A stretch of DNA of 60,555 nt, counting the filler, from Sphacelaria rigidula (Eukaryota), in assembly GCA_964200075.2 (NCBI GenBank). It is 4 parts of 4 records of this genome, joined end to end, with 100 filler letters (N's around TTAATTAATTAA, not from the genome) between each part and the next. Parts side by side here need not be neighbours in the genome. Positions count along the whole stretch, not along the records: positions 30,333 to 45,396 come from CAXNAA020001926.1; positions 45,497 to 60,555 come from CAXNAA020001927.1; 2 more parts are not named here. One strand, given 5' to 3'. The notes under the pieces are model-generated. The model saw only the letters and a program-made list of their open reading frames with translations. It made no database searches and was not told where the DNA came from. Position numbers and translations under genes: made by a program. This document shows, piece by piece, positions 36,601 to 48,022 of this stretch. How positions within the stretch are numbered: position 1 is the first letter of the stretch; each line of letters starts with the position of its first letter.

Positions 36601-39600
36601 TTTCTCGACGCAGCGATCCGAACAAGAAAAAAAAAGCCACGACGCGTGATGGGCGCGCACAAATCTGCTTCCTTACCACCACCAGGTACAGGTACAGGTA
36701 CAGGCGCAGGCGCAGGTGCAGGTATAGGTACAGATACAGGTGCAGGCGCAGATACAGAAGCAGGTACAGGTACAAGTACCCTCGGAAAGTGCTTGTTCTG
36801 GAAGCAGCCCCGCTGGCTACATGAAATATTTCTTGGAACACGAGAGTAGCACACACACCCATGCACGTGAATATTAACCCAAGGAAACAAACGAACCTGG
36901 AAGATGACGTAGAGGTAGAGCATGAGAGGAAGGCAGCCCGGGGGGCAGATGGCCGGAAAGCGGTGCAAGAGTAGCTGGAAGCGGGGCGCCAAGCACAGGA
37001 CAGGAGGGGATATGTACAACTAAATTAATCACAAAAAAACAAAATGCGAACTCGGTGACGCTCGGCGAACGCGGTATTTCTAGGCAACTTCCGAGTTTCA
37101 TTCCAAAGGCCGGTCGCTCACGTCTTGATATTTGAACGTGTGTACTGCAGTCCTTCCTGCCAGCGGCCTGTAGCGTGGTGTATCGCGATCAGTAATTCAC
37201 ATACGCTCACGGTTGCTAGAGGACAGGAGAAGCATTCACTGCCACATGATATGCGCATGTGAAGAACTGTAGGCACCCCGCTGCGGTCGGGTCACTTTCG
37301 TCCAGTAGTAGTACGCTCCGGGAGAAGTGTGTCGACTTTTATTCATGTGGCAATATCGTCAATTGCAATATATAACTCTCATTACTGAAATGGTCAGTTG
37401 TAGTGACTTCGGTTTCCTCGTACAACACGTGGCGTTTGTGTTACGACTCTCAGCAGGCTCGCGCCACATATCATGGCATGCAAAATTGCAGAAGCGCCTG
37501 CGAAACTGTACTTACACTGTACACAATGAACGTCAACAAATGATCATGTAAGCAAGCGCCTCACTCTCCAAACTTGCAACGCGCGTCGAGCACGCTCTGT
37601 TGCACACGCTGCGGTGGCTTGTGCTTCCTACACGTGCATCTCCACCAGCAAGGGCGACAGACAGCCCATCTGCGCTTTCCATCGAACGTATTTATTTTAC
37701 AGACAAATTCATTTTGTCTGTCAATGAAATGCCGGAGACGGAGCGAGTCATGTGGGTCTTTGCACGCCAATCTCCGCATAAACGTTACCTTGGATTTTGA
37801 CGGCGAGTACAGTAGTGCTAGACCACATTTGTCCCCCAGTGCATGCGGTTGGTAGCCGCCGCTCCCCGGCGATATAAATTAAAATGATACACCCATAGCA
37901 TATTAGTGCGGACTACGACGGGTACAACCCCCGACAGATGATCAGTTCGAGCAGAACCTCGGTCCATCGTTGAACATGTGAGGACGCCCCTTGCCAAATA
38001 AATTGATAACAGTCGACGACGTGCGGAAGTCCTGGTAGTCATGATCCAATCTTCGATCAAAACATTGAAGGCAGCTGAGCTACGAACTCCCCCCCCTCCG
38101 ACGCGGGGAATTGAAAGTATGACGAGGAAAAGAAGAAAAGTATTGTAGACTGTGCCATCAATTGCATCGTCCACGCAGAGGGATAAGAGTCGACGATGGA
38201 ACGAGTACCCGAAATAAGAAAAAAAATCTCAACAACGGGATTCGGGTATCAAAATAAAATTGTCTGTGGCTGAGATGATGAGTGATGAGTGTGATGAGTG
38301 CCGCATACACGAACAAACCACAAGGCACCACGGCACCACGGCACCACGGCACCACAACACTCCAACATTGCAACTGCAGATTGTGCTTGTTGCTACTGTG
38401 CACTGTATGTAAGGCTGTTGCTGGATGCTGATGGTGGGTGTACGCTTGAAGGTTAATATCGCGTGAGGGTGTGCACAGCTGACTACTTTGTGTGATTTGC
38501 ACCTGCCTGTACGGGCGGGAATTTTCGTGTGCATGCGCACGAGAGAACAAAGTGATCAACCATGGGTGCCATTATTTTATCTTTCACGCCTGTGTTGGTC
38601 CGACAATCTACATACAGGCGTAGCTCCTGACAAAGGCATGGGAGAATATCAGCCATATCCGCATCAAGAAAGGTCGCTTCGAACTCATCGGAGTAGAGAT
38701 GCCCAATCCGAGAGGGTTAATGCGAGTATTTATACTAGGGGAAGTAAAGCCACGCCGATAGAGAAACGCAGTAATACCTTGCTGGTGGACAGGATTGCGC
38801 GATACCGGAAAGGCATGTCAACAAGTGCGGACAGGAGCATCGAAACCAACAGGTGTGAGACAGCACAAGAGCAACCGTCGCTCTCATGCAAATATACAAA
38901 GTTTGAAGTATTGGAGCTTTGCCTTGCGCACATCACCCAGAAAAACAACCCGTTCATCACTGGTGCTACATTGCACTAACGCAGATACGCACACAGATAC
39001 ACACTAAACCCACCCAACCTTTTGACAAAACGACTCCCCGGTCGGAAAACGCTGCTTACAACGTTCGCTTGTGTAACATAGTGCTGCACACTCGGGCGAG
39101 ACGTCGTCGACGCTTGCGTGATACATCTTTGTCGACTCTTGAAGACCACGAAATCGCCAAATCCTAGTCGACAACTAGCAATGCGTTAACTCTCAACTGT
39201 ACAGACACTTCTGCAGGGAATTTCACCCAAACTCTTGGCAGTCAAGAAGTTAAACGGCAAAGCACCGATGAACGTTCTGTATCACCTTGTAGTAGATCAG
39301 GAGATTGGCGAGGTAGATGATGGTTTCCGCGGCAACGTTGTTAAACACCTCCAGTGGGGGAGACACAGCCCTCGGGTCGATCTCAAACAGATAGATGTAG
39401 TTAATCCTGTTGTACAGAAATAGAAAATGTGCAGATTACTTATTCAACGGGTTGCGACGGTGCATGTGCTGTAGCAAGTGACTCTCACGACATTTCCGCG
39501 CCGAGCGTCGGCTCTTCACACGGCAGCTTCGTCCTATTTGTGGTGGTACGTTTTTGTACGAATATGGGCAGAATGGGGGATAGCACACGCAGTTTTGAGG

Positions 39601-42600
39601 CAAGACAGGAACAGAATAATCGGCATTACTGTACATCAACTGTATCAAGGAGTTGAATACAGGGGCCGTGAATGCCAGTATCAGGACACGACGGCATGTG
39701 AGACAACCTGTTGAGAAAAGCGCATGTTAGGAGAGGGTCGTGGTAGAATATGGCTGTGGCAGGCAAAGTACGACATGGAATACAGAAAATGGTACGGTGG
39801 CGACGATGCGTGGTGAGGGTGTGAGAGGATAGTGGCGTGGCGGATAAGGGTGTGGCTGGCACAAGGGGATCACTCACCGGGCTCTCCCCCACACCAAGGA
39901 CGACAAGGCCCAGCACCATCGCAGGAGGAGGAAGCCGGCCAAGGCACGATACAGCTTGAATTAAGATATCAACACCCCATGGAAAAAAACACGGTTGATC
40001 GAGCGGTTCATCAGGGGCGCAGTAGTTGGGCAGTTAATTCAAGGCAGCATTACACGCAGTAACATCGTTGATCGGGTAGATCTATCGGGGGTGATCACGG
40101 AGTCTGTTTCCACGGCTAGGTTGGCAGCTTATTCCATTGTCCCAGCCGGTTGATACAGGACTTGTTGCTTGTGTTACCACGTGGATCGCAAATGACAGGG
40201 ATATACGGAGCAGCCGGTGTGGCCCAAGAGATGAGGTTGAGCGCCTCTACAGTATGCTGTATGCATGCAGTAAACGCGGTACGGATGCAGACCATGAGCA
40301 CGAATATTGCGTCGAGCATCCCATCCTTCCACGTTTGGGAGTTCTGCAGGCAACCTCCCTTCATCGGTGCGGCAAGACTGAAGCCACCTCGGAGCGGTAT
40401 TGGGCTGAAACCGCTTCGGAATAGTGTTCGAACATGGCACTCGCGTGTTCTCCTGGATAAGGCACATGTAATTTCCCGAGGGAGTTTGGCGCTACAAATA
40501 TGGTAGGGTGCTGCTGCGATACTACTCCTGCCTTAACCTCGTGAACAGCAAGCCCTACTGGCTCTTCAAGAAAAGCAAGCACCGGAGAGGGGAGGGGCAT
40601 GGACGCTCGAGAGGAAAGCAAGAGTCAAGAGTTGGAAAACGTAGAAGGGACACTACAGGCGATGAGGGCAATGACGGAGACGGCATCAACCAGGGACAGT
40701 GCGACTCGTATCAATGCTACTACTGCAACTGCAACTGCAACTGCAACTGCAACTACAGCAACTACGGCTATTACTACTCTACTTCAGTGCTAAAAACGCA
40801 GACGTTATATGCTCAGTGTAGTCACTTTCGAGTGTACTCATCGACTCAATGATGCGCATCGAGCGATCAACCAACCGGTGCTTGGTCCAAACATATCTCA
40901 CCGGAAATGCGGGCTGGAGCATGACGCTCAGGTACATGTCGTGAATCGGATACTCGTTGATGTAGCGCTTGGCGTGTACTTCGTATGGCTCGAAGCAGCA
41001 GTCCCAGATTATCCAGAAAGCCAGAACCGCCGCGATGCCCATGCGGTAACCAAGCTTCAATTGACATCGGCATAGGCAATATGGGTTGGATAATGGCATA
41101 ATCATTAGGGGCGACTGAGGGCGAGCGCGTTGCAAATACTCAATAGTTGGAAAGTGAGAGCGCCTGGCGGGAAACCGCGAAAGTGGAGCGCATTGCAACG
41201 GGCGACAATGGCGAAGGTACCCCGGTGCGGGAGAGAAATGATTACTAGATTTTCCCAGGAAAAAAAGCGGCTTGCCTGGAACTGAGCCAGGTCTATCCGC
41301 TCGTCCGTTTTCAGCGGCAGCATGAGGCCGCGTGCCTGTGCGTCGTCGCTTCCGCAGAAGAGATCAGCGAAGTACTCCTGGCAGCATCTTGTCGCGTCTT
41401 TCAGCGTGTGGAGCTTGTAGAAGTGCTGCGAATTTGTCGTTTTGTTCAGAGGCAAACCTTTAGAGGGAACGAAAGCTTGTATCGTCATGAACACGTAAGC
41501 CCAGTATCAAATATCTCAGACCGACGGTCAGAGGACGAAAGGTGCGTGAAACCGAGATATCATTTTTTATGAAAGTTTGACGCAGTCCCAACGCGCCTAG
41601 TGGGAGGCGTGCCCCGATGAGCCTTGGCATAGCGCAGCGAACAAGATACCATCCCTCTGTACTGTACTGAACTGTACTGTACTGTACTGTACTGTACTGT
41701 ACTGTACTGTACTGTACTGTACTGTACTGTACTGTACCTAGTATCATGCATGCCGTCAGAGATCACAGCCCACCCGGAAGCAAAACAAATCGTTTCCGTG
41801 CAAAGGGATCCAAAATTCAGCTTTGAATGATGGGAAATTCAGAAAAAAAAGTGTGAAGATCAGGTGACATTGAGCTGATCTCAGGCGATTGCAGCCTAAT
41901 ATTCAGTTCTTACAAGTCCCCTCAACAGCAGGAAAGCCTTCGGCCTCAGGGGTCAGAAAATACTGCGACCAGAATTCCTCAGCCCTGATAGGCACAGCCA
42001 ACTGGAGCTATGACAGATATACATGAGAAGTAGAGAAGTAGCCATTGAAAATACTACGAGATTGGCAGAAGGGGGATAAATAAAGTACTTTAGTATACTC
42101 TCATCCCTGAAAAGTATCAGGTTCCAATTCTGGCTAGAGTCTCATCCCTGAGGAATGCAGTTTGTCAGATTCAACGATTGCTCAGCGCTGAGGGCCCCTG
42201 CACTTTACGGCCAATTAATCTGTTATACAGATGGCCTTGTCTGGAGCCGAAACGTCTCAAAATTTTCATGAGCAGTGATTGTTTGACTAGCTCAAGCACT
42301 ACTCGTATGGGCTACAGCAACAACGTAATTAAACTTGGATGAATACTGCATCCAATCCATCACTCAGCACGGAACTCAATCGTGAGAATACTGGCGAGGT
42401 TCGCCCTAACACACGAGACACATGCACACAAGATTTAACTCGCGCGTGCCCCGCCCACCACCCGGCCTTAGCTACAGGTCACAAACCAATGCAGGTGGGA
42501 CTGAATCGCCATGCAAAGGCACTTGCTCATGTCCTACCTGGTGATGCACATAGCGGAGCGTTTGCTCGAGCATGCAGGTTGACGAATCGATCCCTTCTCG

Positions 42601-43824
42601 TACCATCTTCGACGCGGACGAAAATCGCTTGTCATGTTTCTTCGTGATCTGCGCCAAAAATAAAAGAGCGAGATAAATTATTCATCGTCGTGATATAATT
42701 CCCAGTCGGCGCTTGTGCCGCCCCAGTAATTCACACCAATGACGCCCATCGTGAGCTGTACACGGCGTTGCGGTGGAGGTCACTTCGCACGCAGATAAGA
42801 GCGACATACACAGCAACCTCCGATGCGTTGACTCTGCTGCCATCCAAGTACTCGTGTAACAACTGTCCTGTGCATCCCGTTGTTAACGACCACCGTATAG
42901 TTTCGAGTTCCTTTGCACCCGCCCAAACATCAATTTTGAAAGCATCGATGACCACCTTGTGGTCCAAGCGATACCTCAATAACCGGGCATCCATGAAGCT
43001 CTTCGGAACAACCACTTTGATATTGGGGTATATCAAAACAAGACAATTCCAGCACATGACCTTGACGACCGCCGTGTAATTGATGACGGCAAAGTTCTTG
43101 AGAAGCACGAAGTCTCGATACAGGCCCAGAAGGTCCCGCCGCAACATGTCCTGCTCTTTCTTGTTCAGCACTGGTTTCTCTGTCATATGCGTGCGGAAAA
43201 GAAAAAAAGTCAACGGGAAATGCTGATTTGGGTTGTGATTTGCAGAGGAGAGCGTCATGACCTCAGCTCCATGGACCCCATGGAGCAGCAGCGGTACAAC
43301 AGAAGAGGGCAAGTGCAAGCCCTTGTTGGAGCACGCAGAAGGTAGTTGTCGGTACACTGCGCTGCGGTCTATTTCCAACAATCGCGCGCGTGTACACGGT
43401 GAAAACACGGGCGATGTTGCCTTTCTCGAAAATACTGCGAAAGGGACCATGACTTTACAGCACACGTGGCCCAGCTAGAAACATCGCCCCCAGTCTTGTG
43501 CATGAAAATATATCATCCAACACATGCATGATTTCCGAAAATGACAATCTACTACTATAATACTACACGACACCAGTGCAACTACTACACAGTGTACTAT
43601 ACTCTACCATACTAGAGGCATCATGAAAATCAGGGTTAGGAAAGCTGCGCACCTATCCTGACTCGAGGTCGGTCCTCAATACGGTTGTCGAATCCTTCGC
43701 CGTCACCGCTCCCGGCGTTTTGCCCGTCCTCTGCCTCCAGTATCGCCCGCACCGGAATCTCGGGGGCCAGATTTTGGAGACGATCGCACAGGTCGTGCAG
43801 CTTTCGCAGGAAGAACTCTTCCAC
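30632..43824 (-). CDS. XPR1: SPX-EXS domain phosphate exporter (XPR1/SYG1/PHO1 family), both ends off-contig
   Basis: 13 phase-consistent exons: 43824-43653, 43179-43061, 42648-42538, 41425-41276, 41054-40902, 39954-39878, 39406-39286, 36974-36897, 36091-36017, 35061-34915, 32807-32725, 31397-31277, 30760-30632. SPX motif LKNFAVINYTAVVKITKKHDK. EXS motifs RINYIYLFE, VADVMTS, PLWLRFQQCLRRY.D, HLANCLKY, WDVLQDWGL. Confidence 0.93.
32064..32150 (-). mobile_element. Retroposon 3' end, copy 2, with tail expanded into (ATCATA)n
   Basis: TATTATTTCCGCACA next to a (TATGAT)n run. Confidence 0.5.
34605..34727 (-). mobile_element. Retroposon 3' end, copy 3
   Basis: TCCGCACATTAGCTTCATCTCTCGAAAGCGTGGTCACAGACGCAGGCTCGCC preceded by degenerate ATT/GAT triplets. 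Confidence 0.65.
36682..36779. repeat. Hexamer microsatellite (CAGGTA/CAGGCG)n
   Basis: Directly visible. Intronic. Confidence 0.9.
40715..40770. repeat. (ACTGCA)n microsatellite
   Basis: Directly visible. Confidence 0.85.
41657..41737. repeat. (TACTG)n pentamer microsatellite
   Basis: Directly visible. Confidence 0.95.
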
Positions 43825-45325
43825 CTATGACATGTATCAGATTCGACTTGTTTTCTTACAATGTTTACGAAAACAGCTCATGAGGCTGTGAGGACTTGAA
43901 AAGATAAGGACATGAGGACACAAGGACAATGCGAGAACAAGGATCTCTGTCCCATTGTGGGAGGTGAGAACGGCAGACCACGATGGACGAAGAGCAAGGG
44001 AAATCCAAAGTCAAGCTATATATTTCGGAATTCAACTCCAATAAACACTGTGGTGTCGCTTGATTTGAGGACTGCTGTTTCGGCCAAGCGTCGGCAATCT
44101 CCACCACCCACTTTACAGAACATGTGCCTCACGCAGCTTATTCAATTTTGCATCTGCTGTGCTTAGTCAAAATTCATGCCGCGCAAAATACGGCAGTCAA
44201 TATTTTTGAAGAAATGGACGAGTCATCAATGAGACAGCAAGATCTCTGAGCAGAAACTACGCCGGCAAGCAGCACCGGCAAGCATGTGGAGGGACATGTT
44301 GAGACACGCTGACAGGAATGGGATGGTGGGAACATATTTCTGTTTGTGTTGGGGCCTTTCGAAATATTGTCCTTGTCATCATGGATGTTGGAGTTGCCGA
44401 GTGTATGTTTTATCCTCCACAATATACTTTCTTGTGATGCACTTTCGACACCACCCTCTCACCTACGAAGCTCTCGTGCTAATTTCGAGGTAAGGGTCTT
44501 GGCCGATCAACTCCCTTCCCCGCTGGGGTTGAGGACCTCTCATTCATTTTCCGTTCGCAATGCATTGCCATATTGCATTTGGAGCACCTTCATATCGCAC
44601 TCGGGAGAACCTCGTGTACTGCAGTCTACTGCATGCGGGCTGTCACCTCCACGGCGTACACCGAATTGGGGTTTTCGTACTATCGTACAATTTCGCCGCG
44701 CCTCGGTGGTCCGATGTTACAACTTACACCGTTAGGCCGGACGACGCAGGTCAGAATCCCGCTAGATGCACCCGGGATTTTTCCGAGAATAATCTAAAGC
44801 TCACCGTGAGAAAACGTGAGTAACAGAAATAGTCCCTTTGACGAGAGTCCACGCTGTGTGGGAGTGTTGGTCATGATCCCCTCCGCGCACCAAACTGCAA
44901 GACATGTACCGGGGATGATGCCTTGAGATCACGGAATCGTCCCGAGCAGAGGGAGGAATTGACAAGGGTGGCGAAAAAGAGGGAAAAGAACCGTACAGTG
45001 CTCGACTGAAGGAGCGCTATGTCCTCACCTTTTTTGCGACTTGTCTCAATGTAACGACTGCAATTTTTCTTTATCCAGTGACTGGAAGTCAGATCCGGTT
45101 TCCACACCGTCTGATACTGTTCACACTCGACTAACGGCAGCATCGTAAACAAGGCTGGTTTGTCCTCAACCGACACTTGTGGGGCGTATCCCACTCTGAA
45201 GGTTTGCTTCACACGATATCTAGCTCCACATAGTTATCTTCTGTCCCCGTGGTATTCATCTGTGTCTCTATCTCTCCCCTCGTAATGAACACCCAAGTAT
45301 TGGAGGTATATATAAGGAGTAGGAA

Positions 45326-45396
45326 CGGTCGCCCCGGTGGCTCAGTTGGTAACCTCGTAACCTTCTGATGGTTGAGCTGTGGGGTTCGATTCTCGG
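45326..45396 (+). mobile_element. tRNA-derived SINE head, truncated by the contig end
   Basis: A box TGGCTCAGTTGG and B box GGTTCGATTC. Anticodon-like arm TAACC-TTCTGAT-GGTTG (CTG). The D stem and T stem do not pair properly. Confidence 0.7.
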
Positions 45397-45496
45397 NNNN
45401 NNNNNNNNNNNNNNNNNNNNNNNNNNNNNNNNNNNNNNNNTTAATTAATTAANNNNNNNNNNNNNNNNNNNNNNNNNNNNNNNNNNNNNNNNNNNN
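45397..45496. other. Artificial contig linker
   Basis: N44-TTAATTAATTAA-N44. Confidence 0.98.
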
Positions 45497-47026
45497 ATTT
45501 GGGGGGGGAGATGGCTTCGCTAGGTCGCTAGTGTTTCGGGTCTTCCATGCAAGAGAGAAATGCCACTTCAACCCCATATTTTGTGTGAACCCCAAAATTT
45601 AAAATCGGCTGTTATTTTTGAAAGCTGCGTGTAAATCGTGGCGATACAAAAGATCATCCAATCTAGCGGTCAAGGGGTTGATACGAATGGCTTTGAGGAA
45701 CACGTGTAGGTTTAGCATCGTTAGCTGTACGATGATTTATAGGGGACGATACGCTTTGTTGAAGATGAAAATACTGCGAATTGTTAAATCAACCGTCGGA
45801 ACATTTCTGTCATCAACCCTTTGGGAGCTAAGGTGCTGATTTTCGTTTTGTGAGTCTTAGTGAATCGGCATCATTTTGACGTGAAAATGACTGAAACTGA
45901 TGCCGATTCAAAAAAAAATCAGCACACCCTGGGGGTCTAGTTCCCAAGGTGTTAATGCGCCGCTGGACATCGAGCAGGTTCCGATTACTCGTGGCACAGA
46001 ACGGTATGCACTCCAAAAAATAATGTTATATTCCGACCATTACGTTGAACACAAGTGTAGGGTACCAACCCATCGCAATTTTGAATAATCGGATATTGGT
46101 GTTTGTTTTTTCCGGATTAAACAGTATATCCAATGATCAAATATTCGGAATATTAAAACTTCCTGACAGCCATGATTCATAGACTGGATCACGCAGTAAC
46201 TTGTCAAGTGGAAATGATGCCGATTTCACGAATAGACACCTGCGGCGCATAATGTCCGTCAATGGAATTGGCATCATTCTGACTGTTCTCAAGTGAGACT
46301 TATCCAAAAAGCTCACGCTCAATCAAATGCTTGGCATCTAGCGAAAAGATTGTTTCAAGCCGAGGCGCTCGCTCAATGACACTCGGGGGAGGGGGACGAT
46401 GAAAGAGGAAAAGTATACCTAGCGAACAAATTAGATTGAAATGAGGAAATTAACAGAGAAAAATGAAATCAATTGAGGGAAAGACCCTGTGAAACGTGGT
46501 AGACGCATCTCGAGTAAACGCTCCAAGAGTGAAATAGTTACTCAAGAAAATTCTTCGATAGTAAAATACGGGATAATCACCCAATACTAACGCAAGGGAA
46601 AATCGCTCCGTCGCAGCGGAGAGGGACACTCGCTCGGAGAGCTCTATTATTGTAGTCTACACGAAACACCCTTCCCGCCCTTCATGTGTGTCATTGCCAC
46701 AGCGTCACCAATTCTATATTCGCCGTTCACGCCATTCACGAAGCACCAGAACCTTCCAAATTGAACAAACATTACACGCTCCCTTTGAATGTACATGTGA
46801 CAGTGACTCCAGTGACATGCAGCGCCGAGGGAATCACGGTGCGAAGGCGTTTTACGCAAGGAGGCCTTCTCGAGAGTGCACGAGTGGTGGGAGGGAACAC
46901 GGTTCCATCTTCCTGCGGCTCACGCTACACGGCAGCAAAATATGCTGCTGTGAACGGACACTCTAGTCCAGCCAGGAACCCAACGCGCTGATCCGACACA
47001 ATTTATAGCAAACAGAATGACGGTTG

Positions 47027-47238
47027 CAAGGGGCAAGGATCGGTCGAGTAGAGTATACTCAATTACGGGGCATTTTGAATTTTTTACGCGGAGTACACAA
47101 ATTGGATGTAGGGTTTCAGGAATTGCTCCCCAGCTATTTTTTGGGTACGACTCCCAAAACTCTACCCTAACTTGAGTACCCCAAGTACGTCTTTCAAAAT
47201 ACCCCACATTTGAGTATACTCTACTCGACCTGCCCTTG
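47027..47238. mobile_element. 212-bp hAT-type MITE
   Basis: TIR CAAGGG(G)CA..GGTCGAGTAGAGTATACTCAA / TTGAGTATACTCTACTCGACCTGCCCTTG. Perfect 8-bp target duplication GACGGTTG (47019-47026, 47239-47246). Confidence 0.9.
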
Positions 47239-48022
47239 GACGGTTGATATGCAACGATCAACCGATTAGATCAACGACAGCACAGCGTATCTTACGGCTG
47301 CGATGGCGGTCTCCTGTACGGTAGAATGCACAAAAGATTGCACCAGAGGCAAAGGAAATGAGAAAAAGAACCCCGCAGTCCACCACAGCATACCGCTCGA
47401 AGACTACGCCAACATCCATGTGTTTTGATACAAAGATATGTGAAAAAATGAGCGACGACTCATTCGCCTCCAGAACAGAGCATACAATCTACAAATCGGG
47501 AGCAAGAACAGTGAAGAGGACGAACGGCGTCGAAGAACACGACCAACCAGTGCAGCACCGCACGATAGGCGGCGATTGGAGCACGTCTGTCCATTCGATC
47601 ACGTCGGTCTTTCGTATGTCTTCCCCTCCTTTCCCTTCTTGTACCTTCTCTCACTAACGGCTTTCCCCCCGGCCGCCCATGCTGCCATGACTCTCGTCAC
47701 TTCGTCGTGCAGCTGGTCGTGGCACTGGATGGTGTTGCTGCCGTTCGTTTCCCAGTTATCAGGCTCCACCTCACGTTTTCTCAGGTCATCGACCAGGTAT
47801 GTCGGCCAGTTTTTCTCGCGCCCCCACCGTCTTTGTACATACGACAGAACATACTCACGCCTTCAAATAATGACCTAGTTCTGAACATGCATGAGCGATC
47901 ATACCCGACCGTCTCTATTCTGGGCTCAGGTCTGAGAGACTGCAATCCTGCTTTGAAAATGAAAAAAACATGCAGCGCGCCGCGGCAACTTCTTGCCGGC
48001 GAGTCCTCGCGAGCTCATTCAA

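Noticed and set aside
36548..36862. ORFs with RYRY, GTGT, YLYL repeats (also TVQYS at 41460-41766 and DYDY at 31840-32250)
   Set aside because: These are translations of intronic microsatellites.
40137..40424. hAT dimerisation-domain relic (LPRLGVL...TEATSERYW)
   Set aside because: The similarity is too short and weak to support without a search.
6818..43824. Apparent phosphate/phospholipid gene cluster (PECT plus SPX-EXS)
   Set aside because: The genes are on different contigs separated by artificial linkers.
45331..45396. Functional tRNA-Gln(CTG)
   Set aside because: The D stem cannot pair, the T stem is poor, the 3' acceptor is not visible, and the near-identical copies sit at contig breaks. 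A SINE head fits better.
30333..45396. 15-kb giant transposon or viral element with terminal inverted repeats
   Set aside because: The inverted ends are tRNA-like heads cut by contig breaks, and the interior is a host gene whose first and last exons lie outside.
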